DNA of 64,000 bases from Clostridium thermarum (GTDB lineage Bacteria; Bacillota; Clostridia; Clostridiales; Clostridiaceae). Numbering within the stretch: the stretch's first letter is position 1; every line of letters begins with the position of its first letter. The position numbers and the translations under genes were made by a program. Positions 1 to 8,394 of this stretch are shown here, one piece after another. The notes under the pieces are model-generated. The model saw nothing but the letters and a program-made list of their open reading frames with translations. It made no database searches and had not been told where the DNA came from. The stretch lies in NCBI RefSeq assembly GCF_006351925.1, contig NZ_CP040924.1, positions 2,235,860 to 2,299,859 of the forward strand. The letters run 5' to 3'.

Positions 1-159
1 AACACAGACATCGTCTTCCTTTTGTACATCAAAGGTCATTTCTATGTCCGCATTTCCACAGCAAACCTCTGCCAACTGGAATCTTACTGCATTCTTTTCC
101 TTATCTTTTAAATATTCCTTTAAATAATTTAATACTTCTGCATCGGCTATTACCCTCAT
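1..159 (-). CDS. hypothetical protein, 5' part only (ATG at 159; the 3' end runs off the window)
   Basis: Minus-strand ORF MRVIADAEVLNYLKEYLKDKEKNAVRFQLAEVCCGNADIEMTFDVQKEDDVCV... preceded by GAGGAGG 6 nt upstream; truncated by the window edge; no recognisable family. Confidence 0.4.
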   Translation of the reverse strand, partial: MRVIADAEVLNYLKEYLKDKEKNAVRFQLAEVCCGNADIEMTFDVQKEDDVCV

Positions 160-195
160 GCTGTTACCTCCTCATGCTTGTATATCATATTCTGT

Positions 196-681
196 TTATT
201 CCATTTCAACAATTATTTTATGGCCTTCATAGAAGCCCTCTCCATCCTCCTGAACCATACCACCGCAGTTTACAACGAAATACTGCAGGAATATACTGAC
301 AGCATTATCCCCCTCTTCACCAAGGTCATCTCCGGTTATCTGCACGGCTACCACATACTTCGTTTGATTTAAATGTTTCCTAACTTTAGCCAGGTTTTCT
401 GCCGGCACATCCTCCAATTCTTTTATCAGTTCCATAAATTCATTAACTTCCTCACGCATCAAGGATTCTTCTTCATTTCCATCTCTATTCACTTCTGCAA
501 TGAAAACTCTATTTCCATCCTCTCCTATCACGGCCACTTCTTCCCAGGGCTTTGCTGGATCAACTTCAATATAGCTTTTATCTACTCTTAAGTTATATCC
601 CTGTAATTTTGTCCACTTAAATATTTCATTAATGGTGGGCACATCTTCTTTTGTACAAAATACTCTTAAGTAATCACCCAT
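196..681 (-). CDS. hypothetical acidic protein (161 aa)
   Basis: ORF with AAAGGAG RBS 6 nt upstream; Glu/Asp-rich; no motif I can assign. Confidence 0.5.
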   Translation of the reverse strand: MGDYLRVFCTKEDVPTINEIFKWTKLQGYNLRVDKSYIEVDPAKPWEEVAVIGEDGNRVFIAEVNRDGNEEESLMREEVNEFMELIKELEDVPAENLAKVRKHLNQTKYVVAVQITGDDLGEEGDNAVSIFLQYFVVNCGGMVQEDGEGFYEGHKIIVEME

Positions 682-853
682 GGTCTACACTCCTTTAGTA
701 AATTTTATACTCCACATCAGTATTATAACATATGTAACTGATGGTTATAACCTAAAGTTTTTGTGTTCCCGGAAAAATGAAATTCTGCAATATCAGTGTT
801 GCCAATTATAGCCCCTGTTAAGTTACACTAAAGCGCTATTGTCCCCCAATATG

Positions 854-2197
854 TTATTTAAATCTATTTGCCATATATCTTTTTCTTCTTTTCCTGTATC
901 TAGCTCTTCGTATATGTTTCCTAACAAGCAGCAAGACAAAAATGAGAACCAAAATTCTAAAGATCCAACTGGTGAAAATACCATGGAATATGTTGCCTGC
1001 TGTTTCCTTAAAACTTGCCTTGAAACTTCTCTCTACGCCTCTTGCTGCAATTAGGTCTACCTTGCCCAGTAATATCCCGTCTTTCTTATACTCTACGGAT
1101 CCCAGAACCTCGCCCTGTTTTACCGGAGCAGTTATATCTTGCATTATGTCCTTTTCCTCCTGGATGTTCCAGAGGTTTTTGTCGATGGAAAGGGTTGCCT
1201 CTAAGGACTGAGAAGCTAACAGCTGAAGCTTGCCATCGTCCTTAGAATCCATCACATTAACAGTATCTAACACTTGATCTTTCTCTACGAAAGCCTGAGT
1301 TTTATAATTTTCAAAACCATACTCGTACAATTGCTTTGTATAGTTTATTACGGCATCATTGCTCTCTTTTACATTCATTACCGCTGCTATAAGTTCTGTA
1401 CCTTCCTCGCTTACGGCTGTGGTGATTAAATTAAAGCCGGCACCACTGGTATAACCTGTTTTTATACCAATGACCGTATATTTGTTGTTATCTTCTTCGG
1501 GACCGTAGGGATATTGATTATTCCCCCAAAGAAGCTTGTTGGTGGTCCTTAGGTCAGGCCATTCCTTATGTTTATTAGTGGCAGGCAGCTCATTATAGTA
1601 TTCCTGTTTTACAATCTCTCTGAACTTTGGTATAGTCATAGCATGCCGTGCAAGGATTGCCATATCCCTTGCCGTTGTAAGGTGGTTTTTAAACTGCTCC
1701 GTATCATCCATACCGTTAGTATTATAAAATCGGGTGTTAACAGCACCCAGTTCAGCAGCCCTTTTATTCATTCTTTCAATAAATTCAGCCCTTGAGGGGG
1801 CTACATTTTCAGCTATGATATTAGCAGCCTCGTTAGCAGATTTCACCAGCATCACATTAAGCATGTTATCAAGGGTAAGGTTGGTCTCTCCAGCCATTAT
1901 TCCTATGTTCATTCCACCGTCGCCAATGTCAAAAACAGCCTCCTGTGACACCTCCACTTCCTTATCAAACTGCCCTTCTTCCAGTGCTACTATGGCTGTT
2001 AATATCTTTGTGGTACTAGCAGGACGTATTTTAACATCAGCGTTATTCTCTGCTAAAACCTGTCCCGATTTAGAATCTATAAGTATATATGAACAATTAG
2101 GGTCAATGGAAAGTTCATCACTAGTGACGGCTTCAGCCGGCATGGTAATCAGCATGGTTGTCATAATTAAGGACAGTACAAAACTTAGTTTTTTCAT
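854..2197 (-). CDS. dac: D-alanyl-D-alanine carboxypeptidase (PBP5/DacB/DacF family serine peptidase)
   Basis: N-terminal signal peptide, active-site SxxK as ASTTKILTA, SxN and KTG motifs, C-terminal hydrophobic/basic anchor; GGAGGAG RBS. Confidence 0.85.
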   Translation of the reverse strand: MKKLSFVLSLIMTTMLITMPAEAVTSDELSIDPNCSYILIDSKSGQVLAENNADVKIRPASTTKILTAIVALEEGQFDKEVEVSQEAVFDIGDGGMNIGIMAGETNLTLDNMLNVMLVKSANEAANIIAENVAPSRAEFIERMNKRAAELGAVNTRFYNTNGMDDTEQFKNHLTTARDMAILARHAMTIPKFREIVKQEYYNELPATNKHKEWPDLRTTNKLLWGNNQYPYGPEEDNNKYTVIGIKTGYTSGAGFNLITTAVSEEGTELIAAVMNVKESNDAVINYTKQLYEYGFENYKTQAFVEKDQVLDTVNVMDSKDDGKLQLLASQSLEATLSIDKNLWNIQEEKDIMQDITAPVKQGEVLGSVEYKKDGILLGKVDLIAARGVERSFKASFKETAGNIFHGIFTSWIFRILVLIFVLLLVRKHIRRARYRKRRKRYMANRFK

Positions 2198-2384
2198 GAG
2201 CTCCTCCTACTGCATAATAACCTTAGGTCATTCTATTTATATAATATATATGATAATAAAAAAACTTAGTTTTGTAAATCTTTCTATGCTTCCATGGGTA
2301 ATGCTGATTGTAATCGTTTGGCCGGGAAATTTTTATAGGTTTACTAAATCTTGTTTCTTTTTTCCACCAAATCAAAACTGATCA

Positions 2385-2559
2385 TATGTAAACTGATTTT
2401 CTGATGTGGTCTTTTCAAAGGCAGCACGGTGATAGTTAGATAGAGCAAAGAGTTTATAGTCTTTCTCCTTTAACTCTTTGAGAATTTCTATTGTCTCGGA
2501 TATGGGTAATTAAAAGAAATCAATACATTGCCAAGGTCAAAAACAATATTTTTAATCAT
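2385..2559 (-). pseudogene. remnant of a HAD-superfamily hydrolase gene (internally deleted and frameshifted)
   Basis: Strong RBS (AGAGGAGGGGG) then MIKNIVFDLGNVLISFNYPYPRQ-stop (HAD motif I DxG). This is followed a few nt later in another frame by ILKELKEKDYKLFALSNYHRAAFEK... (HAD Rossmann core). Only about 60 codons remain of an expected ~200. Confidence 0.5.
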
Positions 2560-2599
2560 AGCTTCCCCCTCCTCTTTTCTCTCTCCCATGTTATTTTAC

Positions 2600-3280
2600 T
2601 TATATCAGGTTACATATTTTGTTATTTAATATATCCATGAACTTTTTCTTCATAAATTCATTCTCGTAAAGGTTAAGATATACATCTTCCCATTGTTCTA
2701 TGGTAAATCCAGTTTCTTCAGCAAATTGACTCAACATATTTTCCGCTTTGTAGCCCTCTACTACATATTCCCCAACTTCCTGTGGTGACCGGAAAATATT
2801 AAAGTAGGCAAAAACTTCACTGATATCTCCCCACCTGCTATTAAATTTCAAAGAATATTCCTTCAGCCTAGTAAAGATCTTATCCTGATCTTCCTCCCAA
2901 ATGGTATCTATATCTTCTAAAAAACGCCGCATATCCGGAATCAGGTATTTCCTAGTACAGTTTGTACCATCTTCAGCAGCTTCAAGTAATTCCTCACCGG
3001 TTCCATTGATAATTGCAACATAATCTTCATCAGGGTTCAGATAGGAATTAAAGACTGATGTCAAGAAGATGTTTTGAATAAAACCTAGGGCAGAAAATAC
3101 ATCCGGAAAGCATATCCACCAATCATACAGGACACTGGTATTACAATTTACTATAACGGTATTTATAAACACGGATTCTCTGCACAGGGGTATGCCCCTA
3201 AAGTAGCCCTCTGTAAGATTTTCATTTTTATGTATTAGATTCTGCCAAAAATAAAACTCTCTATACTTGTGATTCTTCAT
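2600..3280 (-). CDS. hypothetical protein (about 226 aa)
   Basis: Long ORF; probable start MKNHKYREF with GGAAGG RBS; no family recognised. Confidence 0.5.
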   Translation of the reverse strand: MKNHKYREFYFWQNLIHKNENLTEGYFRGIPLCRESVFINTVIVNCNTSVLYDWWICFPDVFSALGFIQNIFLTSVFNSYLNPDEDYVAIINGTGEELLEAAEDGTNCTRKYLIPDMRRFLEDIDTIWEEDQDKIFTRLKEYSLKFNSRWGDISEVFAYFNIFRSPQEVGEYVVEGYKAENMLSQFAEETGFTIEQWEDVYLNLYENEFMKKKFMDILNNKICNLI

Positions 3281-3464
3281 ATATTTTACGCCTTCCACAA
3301 AATTGTATAATTAACCTTTTAACATTTTATCATATTACAGAAAAAAAATCATAACAATATTTCACATTGTTTATATTATAATATCACAGCTTGTAAAAAC
3401 CTTCCATTGTTTATAGGACAGCCTTATGCTACTATAAAAACATCAAATAATTTAGGAGGAGCAT

Positions 3465-3734
3465 TTGATGAGAGAGTATAAAACATCCATACTTATTGGA
3501 ATTATATATATATCAGCCTTTATATTTATACACTTTGTAAGAACAATAACTGTGATTACAGCCCTTTTCCTGGTTCTTCATTTCACCTTCAACGGCGTAC
3601 TAGTGCTTCTGGGGAAAAGAGCTGAGAAACTTCATAGAAGATTTGTGGAAACACATCTGGCAACGGTGTTGGCCTTGTCATTGTATGGAGTTTCTACCGG
3701 CATATATTTTGCGACATTAAAGAATTTTATATAA
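3465..3734 (+). CDS. small membrane protein (89 aa, 3 predicted TM segments)
   Basis: Strong RBS AGGAGGAG 7 nt upstream of ATG; hydrophobic segments. Confidence 0.45.
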   Translation: MMREYKTSILIGIIYISAFIFIHFVRTITVITALFLVLHFTFNGVLVLLGKRAEKLHRRFVETHLATVLALSLYGVSTGIYFATLKNFI

Positions 3735-3848
3735 TATTTTCTTATAATATAAAGAGATTCAGCTAGGCTGAATCTCTTTATATATATTCAAGACTTTTCT
3801 ACTATAATCTCTTATGAGCTTTCAATTTCTAAAGCTCACAGTTTCCTG

Positions 3849-4883
3849 CTATCTCATGGTCTTAAAGTTGTAACCTTGAGCTTGTAGGTATTCAATTATT
3901 TCTGGTAAAGCATCAGCTGTAGCTTGTTTTGTAGTAGCATCATGCATTAATACTACAATATCTTCTGGGTTTCCTGTCTGTACCATTGACTCTTTAAGTC
4001 TAACCACTAACTCTTCTGCATTTCTAGTGGTGCTTTTACCATTCTTTTTTATTAATTCCGCATCGCCGTTAAGGGCATTCCAATCTACGGAATAATATCC
4101 AGCTTCTTTCAGCAGTTCCCTATATGGTTTCTTCTTATCCCCACTGCTGCCTCCCGGAAATCTGTAAATCCTGGTGCTGAAATCTTCTCCTAAAACATTC
4201 TTTACAGAGGTTACCACAGCATCTAAGTCCTGTATGAAGAATTCCTCAGAGTTATACAGTTTGTCATAATCATGAGAATAACTATGTAAACAAATAGCAT
4301 GCCCTTCTTCATATGCTCTCTTTAAAAGATCCGGATCACTATCTACCCTTTCACCTACAACAAAGAATGATGCCTTTATATTATAACTTTTTAAAATATC
4401 TAATATTTGAGGAGTAATCTTTCTTGTTGGACCATCATCAAAAGTAAGAAAGGCATTTTTAACTCCATCTTTTTTTAAGATATCCTCAAATTTAATCTCA
4501 TACTCTTTTAATGCCCCATCTTCAGGTGCTGATGGCACTGTATTTTTGCGTGTGTCATCCTTTTGTTCATCTGTATTAGTCGGAGTTTCTGTTTCCTGAG
4601 GCTTGTCCACTTCTGTTGCTGGCTTATGAGTATTTTCAGCTATTTTATCATCGTTTTGAGAGGGATCAGCTTGATTATCCACCGGTTTTAATGTACTTGT
4701 TTCAGGCTCAACCCTATTTCCAGCAGTATTTATATTTTCTGTACCACTTTTTTCCCCATACTTATAATATAATAAGGCTCCGGTTGTAAAAGATAATATT
4801 ATACCAACCATTACTCCAAATACTGCCAACCTTTTACGTTTCTTATTCCTATACCCTTTACGATTCCTATTAAAGCTTAACAC
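3849..4883 (-). CDS. polysaccharide deacetylase (NodB-homology; peptidoglycan/chitooligosaccharide deacetylase-like), membrane anchored
   Basis: N-terminal basic stretch plus TM, then a low-complexity linker; catalytic-domain motifs TFDDGP and HSYSH typical of the CE4 family; GTG start with GGGGG RBS. Confidence 0.8.
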   Translation of the reverse strand: MLSFNRNRKGYRNKKRKRLAVFGVMVGIILSFTTGALLYYKYGEKSGTENINTAGNRVEPETSTLKPVDNQADPSQNDDKIAENTHKPATEVDKPQETETPTNTDEQKDDTRKNTVPSAPEDGALKEYEIKFEDILKKDGVKNAFLTFDDGPTRKITPQILDILKSYNIKASFFVVGERVDSDPDLLKRAYEEGHAICLHSYSHDYDKLYNSEEFFIQDLDAVVTSVKNVLGEDFSTRIYRFPGGSSGDKKKPYRELLKEAGYYSVDWNALNGDAELIKKNGKSTTRNAEELVVRLKESMVQTGNPEDIVVLMHDATTKQATADALPEIIEYLQAQGYNFKTMR

Positions 4884-5063
4884 TGTGCTTGTCCCCCTTG
4901 TTTTTTGTAAAATCTTTCGAAATATCTCTGTAATTTAATTTAAATACAGAATGCAAGCTTCGTCAATAGTTTACAAAATGCACATAAAAAAAATAAATAT
5001 GGTTACAATTAATCTTAGGAATAGACTATTTATATATGCTTTTAGCGCTATAAGGTGGAGATT

Positions 5064-6056
5064 ATGAAAGCAAGAACTGTGAGAAAGAGTCTCTCGATAC
5101 TTATTATATTATCTTTTATTGTAATAGCCTTCTTACTGTATATATATAACGGACTTCAGAAGATTCGCAGAGTTGAAATACCACAAAACTACGAAGAACT
5201 TGGAATAAAGCCTCAAGCTCAAGCTCATGCAACTACCGGTATCCGCAATATTGCCCTCTTTGGCATCGACATTGGCCGACACCCTAATGACCCTCCTCAT
5301 TCCGATTCTATTATCATTGTCACCATAGATAGTGATAGAAACAAACTGAAATTCACTTCAATTTTAAGAGACAGCTACGTAGAAGTAGAAGGTCATAAAA
5401 AAACTAAAATTACAGAGGCCTATGCCTATGGCGGACCAGCCCTGGCAATAAAAACCTTGAACCAAAATTTCAACTTAGATATTAAAGATTACATCACCGT
5501 AGACTTTTTGGGTCTTGCGAAAATCATAGATACCTTAGGTGGAATTAATATTGACGTAAAGGAAAAAGAGATAAAAGAAATCAATAAATGGTCTAAGGAA
5601 CTTTATGAGTTAAAGAAGCTGAATCCGGTATATATCAAAGACAGCGGCTTACAGAAATTAAACGGAATACAGGCAGTCGCCTACTGCCGCATAAGAAAGA
5701 TAGGCGCCGGTGAATTTGACAGAACCCGCCGACAGAGACAAGTTTTAAATGCCTTGATATCCAATATCAATGAAAAGGGGCTTACAAGGCTTCCATCATT
5801 AATTTGGGAAATCACCCCCTATGTGGAAACCAATATTACAACCAGGGATATGCTGACTACCGGAACCTCCATATTGATATCCTCTATGGATAACATTGAA
5901 CAAATGCGCTTCCCCCTAGACGGTTATTGCAAAGGAGAATTTATTACAGGGGTTTGGTATCTCACCCTACAGCCTGACATAGAAACCACAGCCCTGCAGC
6001 TTTACGACTATATCTATAAAGATATAAAACCTGAGTCCAGAGAACCTTTATTTTAA
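5064..6056 (+). CDS. LCP family (LytR-CpsA-Psr) cell-envelope phosphotransferase
   Basis: N-terminal TM anchor; the FGIDIGRH...HSDSIIIVTID...GGPALAIKTLNQNFNLDIKDYITVDF block matches the LytR_cpsA_psr domain. Confidence 0.8.
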   Translation: MKARTVRKSLSILIILSFIVIAFLLYIYNGLQKIRRVEIPQNYEELGIKPQAQAHATTGIRNIALFGIDIGRHPNDPPHSDSIIIVTIDSDRNKLKFTSILRDSYVEVEGHKKTKITEAYAYGGPALAIKTLNQNFNLDIKDYITVDFLGLAKIIDTLGGINIDVKEKEIKEINKWSKELYELKKLNPVYIKDSGLQKLNGIQAVAYCRIRKIGAGEFDRTRRQRQVLNALISNINEKGLTRLPSLIWEITPYVETNITTRDMLTTGTSILISSMDNIEQMRFPLDGYCKGEFITGVWYLTLQPDIETTALQLYDYIYKDIKPESREPLF

Positions 6057-6148
6057 TTTTCAATTTCTATCTACTTTTCAACATTGCTTACACAATCAAA
6101 AAATCCAGCCTAAGCTGGATTTTTGTTTATTAATAAATACACTCTCTA

Positions 6149-6724
6149 TTATTTTTTCTTCATCTTATTAACAGCCAATACTATAGGCAGAGTTATCACT
6201 GCAGCTAAAACCGCTTCAATAGACCCGTTTAAGGCTCCCGCTGAGAATACAACCTTTGCAGTAGTTCCTTTTGCTGCTAAATACTCACTCAGGTACAGTA
6301 TATATATCATGCCTAATACTCCAACGGTATTAGTAAGGGAACCTAATGCTGCTCCCACTGCTATTCCTACGCTTTCGTTAAATTTTGCAAATAGCTTGTA
6401 CACATAGTAAGCAGAAACACCTATTAAAATTCTTGGAAGTACTGATACCAATGGATTGTAAAAGGCAAAGGATACCACTGTTGGATTCACTAAGTTTTGG
6501 TAAATGCTAAAAAGTCCAAACATCAGGCCAATCAAGCCGCCTGCTAAAGGACCTTCCAAGATAGCACCAATAATTACTGGTATGTGCATGATGGTTAACT
6601 TAAAGGGTTGAATTGGAATAAATCCTAGCCCCGTGGTTCCCATCACAATGGTAATGGCTGATAATAGGCCAATCTTCACCAGCATTGTGGTGTTTAGTCT
6701 TTTGATTACTACTTGTCTTGACAT
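6149..6724 (-). CDS. ECF-type transporter substrate-specific (S) component, small 5-6 TM membrane protein
   Basis: 191 aa, all hydrophobic helices, solitary (no adjacent ecfA/ecfT); GGAGG RBS; substrate not assignable. Confidence 0.6.
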   Translation of the reverse strand: MSRQVVIKRLNTTMLVKIGLLSAITIVMGTTGLGFIPIQPFKLTIMHIPVIIGAILEGPLAGGLIGLMFGLFSIYQNLVNPTVVSFAFYNPLVSVLPRILIGVSAYYVYKLFAKFNESVGIAVGAALGSLTNTVGVLGMIYILYLSEYLAAKGTTAKVVFSAGALNGSIEAVLAAVITLPIVLAVNKMKKK

Positions 6725-6989
6725 TTTAAAACCTCCTCGCTCTTATTCCCTAAGGGATATAAGTCGTAATATAGATTGTTATTTTTTTAACGGTTTGGTT
6801 TCCATTTCTTAAGTTTTCGGAATACCAACCTAATTTATTTTACCATGGTGAGAGAATTATGCAATAGTAAATTTAAAAGAAAACCTTTACACCTGTAAGA
6901 ATTTTTATTTAATATGACTATCATAACCACTAGATTTTTCAAATATACTTTACAGCAGTAATCTATATCTTGAAAGAGGAGGTATTTCC

Positions 6990-7256
6990 ATGTATGGGGT
7001 ATACATAATGAAATATGCACTAGACTATAAGTTTGATAACTATTTAAAATCCGGTTCAAGAAATCTTGATATTAATGGCAGACACCCTGTATCGGCCCTT
7101 TATACCTCCCCCTTTTCAGGCTATGCTTCAATCTCTTCGGTAAAGGAGCCTTCTACCGCTTATTCAGTGATATACAATCAAGGCTCCAGTGAGGTCTACC
7201 TTAGCTTTAACAAGGACTATAAAAAAATATATAATTTCAAATTAAAAATGAAATAG
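6990..7256 (+). CDS. hypothetical small protein (88 aa, Tyr/Lys-rich)
   Basis: Strong RBS AGAGGAGG 8 nt upstream; no family. Confidence 0.4.
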   Translation: MYGVYIMKYALDYKFDNYLKSGSRNLDINGRHPVSALYTSPFSGYASISSVKEPSTAYSVIYNQGSSEVYLSFNKDYKKIYNFKLKMK

Positions 7257-7328
7257 TTGTTATATAACTTTTTATACCTGTCATATATTATCTTATAAAT
7301 ATAAAACTATAGGGAGGTTTATCAGCAA

Positions 7329-7553
7329 ATGTATCACGAAGATATCATCTTAGAAATGGTGGAGGGATTAGAGGAAAATGGTGAAATAAGAATAACTGAC
7401 GGCTTAAGGGAAATATACATACAGTCCTTTGACGAAGATGGGGAAGTTATTTATGTAAGTAACAACAATAAAGAATTCGAGAAGGCTGAAGACGCTATAC
7501 AGTGGGCCATTAATCAATTCGGTGGTGTTGAGAATATAGAGGAATGGGAATAG
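7329..7553 (+). CDS. hypothetical small acidic protein (74 aa)
   Basis: RBS GGGAGG 9 nt upstream; pI very acidic. Confidence 0.4.
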   Translation: MYHEDIILEMVEGLEENGEIRITDGLREIYIQSFDEDGEVIYVSNNNKEFEKAEDAIQWAINQFGGVENIEEWE

Positions 7554-7611
7554 GTTAATACGCAACTGAAAGAAATTGCGTTAATACGCAATTTTCTTTT
7601 TATATGCAACA

Positions 7612-7641
7612 TAAGGCTGACCTCTTCGGTCAGCCTTTTAC
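7612..7641. terminator. bidirectional intrinsic terminator between convergent genes
   Basis: AGGCTGACC-TCTTC-GGTCAGCCT hairpin flanked by A-run upstream and T-run downstream. Confidence 0.55.
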
Positions 7642-7646
7642 TTTGC

Positions 7647-8321
7647 TTAGTCGTCGCCTTTAAGCAATCTCAATACATAGATAAAGATATTTATAAAGTC
7701 TAAGTATAGGTTCAATGCTGCTATAATTACGAATTTTGACGCATAAACTTCGTCATAGGCATAGCTGCTGTTGTGGAAGTACTTTATCTGCTGCATATCA
7801 TAGGCAGTCAATCCACAGAATATTGCTATTCCCAGGAAGGCTATCAGAAGATTCATTCCTGCAAAGGCACTTGGAAAGATGAGCTGCACAAGAGCTATAA
7901 GCAATAAGCCTACAACCCCCATTATTAATACTCTTCCTAGAGTGGACAAATTCTTTTTTGTGGTCATACCTATCATAGCTGAACTAAAGAACATGGCGGC
8001 GGATAATCCAAAGGCAACAGCTGCCTGGCCAAAGCCGTAGTAAGCTAGAGTTACACTTAGAGTAAAGCCATTGAGCACCGAGTAGGCAAAAAACCACATT
8101 CTTGCACTGCCTATGCTCAACTTTTCAATTCTTCTGGAAAGATAAAATACAATTATCACTTCACCAGCACAGGCTGCTATGATAATCTGAGGAGTTAAAA
8201 TATCAGCCAAAAACATAGGTGTAGCAACTGCTACCGCAAAAGTTATCAATAGTCCTAAGGCCATTGTAAGAAGCGTCTTTGAAATAAAATTATTTTGACT
8301 TCTAACATATGAATTTTCCAT
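7647..8321 (-). CDS. Bax inhibitor-1/YccA family membrane protein
   Basis: About 225 aa with 7 hydrophobic helices and a charged C-terminus, typical BI-1 topology; start MENSYV with AGAGGTGA RBS. Confidence 0.7.
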   Translation of the reverse strand: MENSYVRSQNNFISKTLLTMALGLLITFAVAVATPMFLADILTPQIIIAACAGEVIIVFYLSRRIEKLSIGSARMWFFAYSVLNGFTLSVTLAYYGFGQAAVAFGLSAAMFFSSAMIGMTTKKNLSTLGRVLIMGVVGLLLIALVQLIFPSAFAGMNLLIAFLGIAIFCGLTAYDMQQIKYFHNSSYAYDEVYASKFVIIAALNLYLDFINIFIYVLRLLKGDD

Positions 8322-8394
8322 AAAATCACCTCTCAATTATAGATTTAACTATTATTATATCATACTAACCAGAATTTTATAATAATATTATATG

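Noticed and set aside
6835-7059. 74-aa minus-strand ORF spanning the ECF S-component promoter and leader and overlapping the 6990 plus-strand gene
   Set aside because: It has no RBS, overlaps the promoter and a well-signalled opposite-strand gene, and its sequence is low-complexity.
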